A stretch of DNA of 64,000 nt, from positions 1 to 64,000 of the forward strand of contig JAYUGC010000066.1 in the NCBI GenBank assembly GCA_043767805.1. Reading direction: 5' to 3'. Of the stretch, positions 57,965-64,000 are shown piece by piece. The notes under the pieces are model-generated. The model had not been told where the DNA came from, did no database searches, and saw only the letters and a program-made list of their open reading frames with translations. The translations under genes were made by a program, and so were the position numbers. Source of the DNA: Pseudomonadota bacterium (GTDB lineage Bacteria; Bdellovibrionota; FAC87; UBA2466). Numbering within the stretch: position 1 is the stretch's first letter; every line of letters begins with the position of its first letter.

Positions 57965-59776
57965 GTGAGACACTGGAAAACTCTGGCTGCCCTTCTGCTG
58001 CTTTTGGGAACTCACGCCCTCCCCGTTTACGTCCTAGCTGAGCCAGCCGTCCCCGCTACCCTAGCCTTTTATCAACCCACGGCCGAGTGGGTTGTGAAAC
58101 TCGTCCTTCCCTCGCCCACCGAACGTAGGCCAGACGGCGGAGTCTTCGCGGAAGTCGTCCACGCGCCGGCCTCGGAGGCCGCCCTTCAAGGTCAGCGAAT
58201 GTGGCTTCAGTACGGGATCGATAAAAAATCTAGGGATTGGTTTAAACGCCAAAACCAAGACGTTCGCTTTGGAGAGGAAGCTGCCAAGAGCCGAAAAGAA
58301 GGAGCCGTACTGCCCGACGCGCTTGATGGCTGGAAAAAAGTCAGCCCGCTCGAAAGTTTAGCCGCGGCTCGCCCTGGGGGCGAGCTTTTGGTGCGCCTCG
58401 ACGACCCCGCGCTGACGGGTACTACTTTGAAAGTCGCCAGCGAGCCCATACAGATCTCCGCTCCCGAGATGGCCCTCGTTCAATTTCAGAAAAAAACGGA
58501 CACTAATCTCTACGAAGTTCGCCATTACAATCCGGCGGCAAAAGATTTCAGCGGGCCGCTCGAAACCATCCACATTGACCAAGCGACGGGCGTCCCCGAT
58601 CCCTATCTGCAGCCCGGTAACGTCGAAGGCATCGAGAAACAAGCGCTCAATGCGAAAGGCTGGATGATCTACGGCGCCCGAAATGGCGAGGGAGTCTTTT
58701 CCACCAAATCCCTGGAGCCGCGGGCATTGAGTCTGGTTGATAGCAACCCAACGCATATTGAAAACGGGCTATCCAATTGCCTCAAATGGCGTAACGAACT
58801 GGAGTGGGCGGATCTCGACGCCCGCAAAGGAACCGTCGAGCAAAGTTACCTCAACCCCGGCCCTCCGGAAAATTCCAATCTCGCCGCCGCCGCGAAACCG
58901 GGAAAGAAATACCTCCTTCTCCACGTCTTCGGCGCCAATGAGCAAACTCCAAAGACCATGGGTCTGGTTACAGGGCACTTCAGCTACGGCGTGGCGACGG
59001 TTAAGCCAAATCCGTTCACCGGAGAGGCGATGTATGAAGTGATTTACAATCAGATCTACGTTCAAACCAGCAAAGGAATCGTCTCGGGCAAACTCGCCTG
59101 GCACGAGTACATGGGGCATTTCAATCGAGGATGGATGTATGGCCGCCCGGTATCCGATGTCTTAGTCGACGTGCCGGAGCTCTTCGAGCCATTCACCTTG
59201 GCCGGCAAAAAATACGATGCTTCCGTGTATCTAAGCCGCGCCCTCGAAGCGACGGCGGCCAAATACCGTCACGGCAAAGGCGGCGGGGCCTCGCTCGTGA
59301 CACTCACGGAATCCTGCATGCAGGATTCCAATCAAAGCGTGCTTAACGCGATCGAGGCCTTTCGGGCCGATCTTTGGGCGGACAAGAAGGCACAGACGTT
59401 CATCAAGAACCATCCCAATGACCCTGAGGTGATCCGCCTGACTGAGCTCAACAAGATCGCCTCGGATTATAAAGGCCGCCTGGGTAAAGAAGGACTGCTT
59501 TCGCAGCTAGGCCCTTTCAAGATTCCCCGTTTCTTCAACAAGCTCACCGGACGATGGCGCACGGCCGTCCCGCGAAGAGGGCACGACGAAGTGACGGGAA
59601 TTTTCCTGAAAAATGGAAAGCCCGCCGTCGTTCTGGAATCCTTTCAAATCGGCGGTGACATGGCTCACATCCGCCCGCTCGAGCCCACGAGTTTTCTGCG
59701 CAACCAGGGCATGCTCGGCGCGGACGGGCCTGTCTGTGGCTGGTTCTGGCGCTTGCTGGGCCGAATCGGATTGTGA
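57965..59776 (+). CDS. Secreted protein resembling the soluble domain of cyanobacterial Abi/CAAX-associated proteins
   Basis: Signal peptide; YQPTAEW..LVLP, PLESLAAARP, GHFSYG, SCMQDSNQ motifs (family resemblance from recall, unverified). Confidence 0.55.
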   Translation: MRHWKTLAALLLLLGTHALPVYVLAEPAVPATLAFYQPTAEWVVKLVLPSPTERRPDGGVFAEVVHAPASEAALQGQRMWLQYGIDKKSRDWFKRQNQDVRFGEEAAKSRKEGAVLPDALDGWKKVSPLESLAAARPGGELLVRLDDPALTGTTLKVASEPIQISAPEMALVQFQKKTDTNLYEVRHYNPAAKDFSGPLETIHIDQATGVPDPYLQPGNVEGIEKQALNAKGWMIYGARNGEGVFSTKSLEPRALSLVDSNPTHIENGLSNCLKWRNELEWADLDARKGTVEQSYLNPGPPENSNLAAAAKPGKKYLLLHVFGANEQTPKTMGLVTGHFSYGVATVKPNPFTGEAMYEVIYNQIYVQTSKGIVSGKLAWHEYMGHFNRGWMYGRPVSDVLVDVPELFEPFTLAGKKYDASVYLSRALEATAAKYRHGKGGGASLVTLTESCMQDSNQSVLNAIEAFRADLWADKKAQTFIKNHPNDPEVIRLTELNKIASDYKGRLGKEGLLSQLGPFKIPRFFNKLTGRWRTAVPRRGHDEVTGIFLKNGKPAVVLESFQIGGDMAHIRPLEPTSFLRNQGMLGADGPVCGWFWRLLGRIGL

Positions 59777-59783
59777 AACGGGC

Positions 59784-60335
59784 TTACATCAACCCGAGCT
59801 GAAGCTTCGCCGCTTCCGACATCATCTCGCGGTCCCAGGCCGGATCGAAGACCACTTCGACGTTGGCTTTGTTCACGCCGGGAAGACTCTTCACCTTCGT
59901 CTCGACATCATTTTGCAAGACGGGACCCATGCCGCAGCCGGGAGCGGTGAGCGTCATGGTGATCTGAATGTCGTTCACGCCTTCGCTGACCGAAGTGACC
60001 TGGCACTTATAGACGAGCCCGAGCTCCACGATATTGATCGGAATCTCGGGATCGTAACAGGTCTTCAAAACTTCCCAGATGGCCTTCTCCAAAGACTCCG
60101 GATCGGTACCCTTATTCTCCAGAACGAGGGTCTGCACTTCCTTGCCGAGCGCATCGGCGTCGCTCCCTGAAATACGGACGAGATAACCAAGCTCGGTGCC
60201 GACCGTATAAGAGCCGCCCAGTTCTTGATGCAAGGTCACGGGCGTGCCTTCGGGCAAATTCACTTTGTTGCCGTCCGGGATTTGCACTCCCACTACGTCC
60301 CGGGAGAGCTTCACGAGGGAATTATCGAACTTCAT
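59784..60335 (-). CDS. sufT: Fe-S cluster assembly protein SufT
   Basis: QELGGSYTV, CYDPEIPINIVELGLVY, MTLTAPGCGMG. Confidence 0.9.
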   Translation of the reverse strand: MKFDNSLVKLSRDVVGVQIPDGNKVNLPEGTPVTLHQELGGSYTVGTELGYLVRISGSDADALGKEVQTLVLENKGTDPESLEKAIWEVLKTCYDPEIPINIVELGLVYKCQVTSVSEGVNDIQITMTLTAPGCGMGPVLQNDVETKVKSLPGVNKANVEVVFDPAWDREMMSEAAKLQLGLM

Positions 60336-60339
60336 CGCA

Positions 60340-60792
60340 TCACTCCAAGGTCACCAGTTCATGATTGCCGGTCAAAGCATTCTTGAGCGTGTGCCAGCAA
60401 AGGCTCGCGCACTTCACCCGCGCCGGGAACTCGCAAACGCCCGAAAAGACGGCGAGCTTGCCGAGCCCTTCGGAATCAGCGTCCTCATCCGGCGGGCTCG
60501 TCACCATTTCATGGAACTTGGTGAAAATCTTTTCGGCTTCCGCCGTGGTCTTGCCCTTTAAAAACTCGGTCATCATCGACGCGGAGGCCGTCGAAATGGC
60601 GCAACCCGCTCCCTGAAAAGCGACGTCCAAAACTACGCCCTTATCGAGCGTCAGATAGACGACGACTTTATCGCCGCACAGCGGATTGAAGCCTTCCGCC
60701 CGGTGCGTCGCGCCTTCCAGCTTCTTGAAGTTACGGGGACGCCGGGAATGGTCCACGATCACTTCCTGATAGAGCTCTCTCAAGTCCGACAT
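60340..60792 (-). CDS. sufU: SUF system NifU-family protein SufU
   Basis: LYQEVIVDH, NPLCGD, GCAISTAS, RVKCA. Confidence 0.92.
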   Translation of the reverse strand: MSDLRELYQEVIVDHSRRPRNFKKLEGATHRAEGFNPLCGDKVVVYLTLDKGVVLDVAFQGAGCAISTASASMMTEFLKGKTTAEAEKIFTKFHEMVTSPPDEDADSEGLGKLAVFSGVCEFPARVKCASLCWHTLKNALTGNHELVTLE

Positions 60793-62066
60793 TACGCAAA
60801 CACCTTGATGACCTTGTGAAGGCCCTCGACCAAAGCGTCGATTTCCTTCGTCGTGTTGTAGAGCGCGAAAGACGCCCGCGCCGTGGCCGGCACGCCGAAA
60901 CGATCCATGACGGGTTGCGCGCAATGGTGGCCCGTGCGGATGGCGATGCCCGAATGATCCAAAATGGTCCCGATGTCATGCGGGTGGATGTTCTCCAGCA
61001 CGAAGGAAAGCACGCCGGCTTTCGCCTTCGCCGTGCCGATGAGCCGCACGCCCGGCACTTCCTGCAAAGCCTTGGTGCCGTAAGCGAGGAGCGAGGCTTC
61101 GTGCGCCGCGATATTGTCGACGCCGACCTTTTCCATGTAATCGATGGCCGCGCCGAGCGCGATGCCGCCGCTGATGTTCGGCGTACCCGCTTCGAATTTA
61201 TAAGGAAGCGCGTTGTAGATGGTGCGCCCAAAGGTCACGTGACGAATCATGTCGCCGCCGCCCTGATAAGGCGGCATATGCTCGAGCAGCTCCTTCTTGC
61301 CCCAAAGCACGCCAACTCCCGTTGGGCCGTACATCTTGTGGCTGGAGAAAACGTAAAAATCGCAACCCAACTCCTGAACGTCGACCGTCATGTGGGGCAC
61401 GGCCTGAGCGCCGTCCAAAAGCACCACGGCGCCCAATTCGTGTGCCATGCGGGTCATCTCTTTCGCCGGGTTGATGGTTCCCAGCGCGTTCGAGACGTGC
61501 ACGAGTGCCAAAATTTTCGTACGCGGCGTGAGGAGTTTTTTGAACTCTTCCATCATCAGCTCGCCGTGGTCGTCCATGGGAACGACCCGGATCTTCGCGC
61601 CAGTGTGCTCGGCAATCATTTGCCAGGGCACGATGTTGGAATGATGCTCCATCGCCGAAAGCAGAATCTCATCGCCCGCTTTCAGGTTTTTCATCCCGTA
61701 GCTGTACGCAACGAGATTGATACCCTCGGTGGTTCCCCGGGTGAAAATGACTTCTTCGAGGGACCGGGCGTTGATGAACTCCTTCACCTTGGTTCGGACG
61801 GCTTCGTACTCTTTTGTCGCGCGCTCGGAAAGCGTGTGCACGCCCCGGTGAATATTCGAATTGTCGTGCCGGTAATAATGCTCGATGGCTTCAATTACGG
61901 CTTCCGGCTTTTGCGACGTGGCTGCGTTATCCAAGTAGACGATCGTGTTGCCGTTCACCTGCTCGTTCAAGATCGGAAAATCCCGGCGGTAGCGGTTCAC
62001 GTCGAAAGCCGCCTCGGGCGTGAACGAGCGAGAAGGCGTTTTGGTGGTGTCGGTACCCATGATCAT
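60792..62066 (-). CDS. sufS: Cysteine desulfurase SufS
   Basis: YLDNAATSQKP, SSHKMYGP, RTGHHCAQP. Confidence 0.95.
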   Translation of the reverse strand: MIMGTDTTKTPSRSFTPEAAFDVNRYRRDFPILNEQVNGNTIVYLDNAATSQKPEAVIEAIEHYYRHDNSNIHRGVHTLSERATKEYEAVRTKVKEFINARSLEEVIFTRGTTEGINLVAYSYGMKNLKAGDEILLSAMEHHSNIVPWQMIAEHTGAKIRVVPMDDHGELMMEEFKKLLTPRTKILALVHVSNALGTINPAKEMTRMAHELGAVVLLDGAQAVPHMTVDVQELGCDFYVFSSHKMYGPTGVGVLWGKKELLEHMPPYQGGGDMIRHVTFGRTIYNALPYKFEAGTPNISGGIALGAAIDYMEKVGVDNIAAHEASLLAYGTKALQEVPGVRLIGTAKAKAGVLSFVLENIHPHDIGTILDHSGIAIRTGHHCAQPVMDRFGVPATARASFALYNTTKEIDALVEGLHKVIKVFA

Positions 62067-63355
62067 TTGTTCCCCGCCAGCCGGTTCTGTAGCCAATGCT
62101 TGTCCAAATGTGCCGCGAGTCCCTCGACTGGAACGGCATCGAGCACTTCATGCGCGAATGCGGCGGTGAGAAGCTCCTCGGCGCGCTGCTTGTCGACCCC
62201 GCGCGCCCGCAAGTAAAAGAGCGCGTTGGCATCGAGCTGACCGGTCGTCGCGCCGTGGGCGCATTTGACGTCGTCGGCGTAAATTTCCAGAGACGGTTTC
62301 GTATTGATCTCGGCCTCGCGGCTGAGCAGTAAGTTCTTGTTGGTTTGAGACGAGTCCGTTTTTTGAGCTTCGCGGCGCACGAGCACTTTGCCGTCGAACA
62401 CGCCGGTGGCCGCGCCGCCCAAAATACCCTTATAGAGCTCGACGCTGCGGCAATGCGGGACCGCGTGATCGAAAAGCGTGCGGTTATCGAGATGCTGCTT
62501 GCCGTGCCCGACGAAAAGTCCGTTCAAAATGCTTTCTCCGCCCTCACCCTGGAAACGCACTTCGATCTCGTCCCGGCCGACCGCGCCGCCAAAGGCAAGC
62601 ACGTGCGACTCGTAACGAGCCGAGCGCCCAAGATCCGCGCGAAGCTGACGGAAATGCTGAGCCTCCGGCCCTTCCGTCTGACAGGTGACGTGACGGACTT
62701 TGGCGTTCTCGCCAATGCGGATTTCTGCAAGCGCATTACGCCAGTAGCTTCCGCCATTCTCGCCCTCGAAACGCTCGACGAGAGTCAGCTCGCTATTACG
62801 GCCCAAGTCGACCCAGAGCCGCTCGCTAATCAGCGTATTGTCCGCTTTGTCGCCGAGCCAAACCACTTCGATGGGCTCTTTGAGCTGGCAGTCGTCATCG
62901 ACTTGCACCATGAGGCCGTCTTGAAGAAAGGCGCCGTTCAACGCGGAAAAAGCCCTTGTCTCATCGGTCTGCCGCAACCAGGCCCGCGCGCTTTCGGGGT
63001 CTTTCTGAATCACTTCCGCGAGCGAGCGGATGGATACGCCCTCGGGAAGAGAGCCGAGTTTCGAAAGCGAGGGCTGATGGCGGCCATTTACGAAAACGAT
63101 GAGGTGGGCGTCGGGAACTCTCGCTTCGACCTTAGCGGGTTTCGAGTCCCGATAAGCCGCCGTCATCGGCTGAGCCGCCAGCGCTCTCACGTTCGTGTAT
63201 TTCCACGCCTCGTCCTTCACGGAGGGAAAGCCCAGCGAAACGAAACGCTGCAACGCGACCGCGCGCCAATCGGCAATCCACGCAACCTCGTGGCCAGGAA
63301 GGCTCGCTGCCGTCTTTTGAAACTCGGCGGAATAATGTTTTGCGTCGCCGATCAC
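62063..63355 (-). CDS. sufD: Fe-S cluster assembly protein SufD
   Basis: [32 protein letters not shown]. Confidence 0.93.
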   Translation of the reverse strand: MIGDAKHYSAEFQKTAASLPGHEVAWIADWRAVALQRFVSLGFPSVKDEAWKYTNVRALAAQPMTAAYRDSKPAKVEARVPDAHLIVFVNGRHQPSLSKLGSLPEGVSIRSLAEVIQKDPESARAWLRQTDETRAFSALNGAFLQDGLMVQVDDDCQLKEPIEVVWLGDKADNTLISERLWVDLGRNSELTLVERFEGENGGSYWRNALAEIRIGENAKVRHVTCQTEGPEAQHFRQLRADLGRSARYESHVLAFGGAVGRDEIEVRFQGEGGESILNGLFVGHGKQHLDNRTLFDHAVPHCRSVELYKGILGGAATGVFDGKVLVRREAQKTDSSQTNKNLLLSREAEINTKPSLEIYADDVKCAHGATTGQLDANALFYLRARGVDKQRAEELLTAAFAHEVLDAVPVEGLAAHLDKHWLQNRLAGNK

Positions 63356-64000
63356 GTCTGCGCTCCCGCAAAAGCCGCGTAACCCGTTTTTTCGAGCTCG
63401 AGTGCGAGCTCTTTCGTGCCGGATTTCACGATCCGGCCGCCGAGGAGCACGTGCACGAAATCGGGAACGATGTAATCGAGCAAACGCTGATAGTGGGTGA
63501 TGACCAAGAAGGACCGGTCGGACCGGCGAAGCGCGTTCACGCCGCCCGAGACGACTTTAAGCGCGTCGATGTCCAAGCCCGAGTCGGTCTCGTCGAGTAC
63601 CGCAAACGTGGGCTCCAGCATCGCCATCTGGAAAATCTCGTTGCGCTTCTTTTCGCCGCCCGAGAAACCCTCGTTCACCGCGCGGTCCAAGAGCTTCTTG
63701 TCGATTTCGACAAGCTTCGCTTTGGACTTCGCCATGGCGAGGAAATCCATGGCGTCGAGCTCGGGCTCGCCGCGCTCCTTGCGAGCGGCGTTCAAGGCCG
63801 CTTTCAGGAAGTACATATTGTTCACGCCGGGAATTTCCACCGGGTACTGAAAGGCGAGAAAGACGCCGGCCCAGGCGCGCGCTTCGGGCTCGAGCTCGAG
63901 CAGGTCCTTGCCCTTATAGAGCACGCGGCCGCTAGTCACTTCGTAGCCTTCGCGGCCGGCCAGCACATTCGCCAAAGTGCTCTTTCCCGTGCCGTTGGGT
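63352..64000 (-). CDS. sufC: Fe-S cluster assembly ATPase SufC, 5' end outside window
   Basis: PNGTGKST Walker A at the window edge, [32 protein letters not shown]. Confidence 0.95.
   Translation of the reverse strand, partial: PNGTGKSTLANVLAGREGYEVTSGRVLYKGKDLLELEPEARAWAGVFLAFQYPVEIPGVNNMYFLKAALNAARKERGEPELDAMDFLAMAKSKAKLVEIDKKLLDRAVNEGFSGGEKKRNEIFQMAMLEPTFAVLDETDSGLDIDALKVVSGGVNALRRSDRSFLVITHYQRLLDYIVPDFVHVLLGGRIVKSGTKELALELEKTGYAAFAGAQT

Noticed and set aside
59784..64000. SUF operon as a novelty, and long antisense ORFs 60816..62216 and 62345..63382
   Set aside because: Ordinary sufCDSUT arrangement; plus-strand ORFs are shadows

Overview
High-GC bacterial chromosomal segment, densely coding, with no rRNA, tRNA or CRISPR array visible. 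The many signal-peptide-bearing hydrolases and hypotheticals, the giant Cys-rich IPT/TIG lipoprotein and the sigma54/sigma28-like promoter motifs suggest a Bdellovibrionota/Oligoflexia-like (possibly predatory) organism; this is inference only. Recognisable modules in order: OmpA (partial), giant TIG lipoprotein, SulP preceded by a signal-peptide/RAPP uORF, S1/P1 nuclease-Gfo/Idh/MocA-CDF genes, a RAYT with 29-bp inverted repeats, a five-gene sugar/surface-modification operon (CMAH-like MBL, formyltransferase, GNAT, FAD oxidoreductase, polytopic membrane protein), an atypical AdoMetDC, a secreted SelO/MchC-like protein, a rearranged Pfa-type synthase cluster (fabI, KS-CLF, AT-ACP-KR-DH, AMP ligase, OYE), SPFH+TPR, MscS, a tandem Ddl-like ligase with a DmpA peptidase, a degenerate pyrophosphatase, a bufferin-like MNIO RiPP trio, HD-GYP, subtilase, lysophospholipase, TPMT and the sufCDSUT end of a SUF operon. 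The best leads for undescribed biology are the RAPP leader of sulP, the Pfa-like synthase paired with FabI, two intergenic structured RNA candidates (one at a sigma54 start site with an anti-SD loop), and a set of exported 'cytoplasmic-type' enzymes sharing a terminal Cys motif and alternative-sigma promoters. All calls come from manual motif reading; no database searches or folding programs were run.
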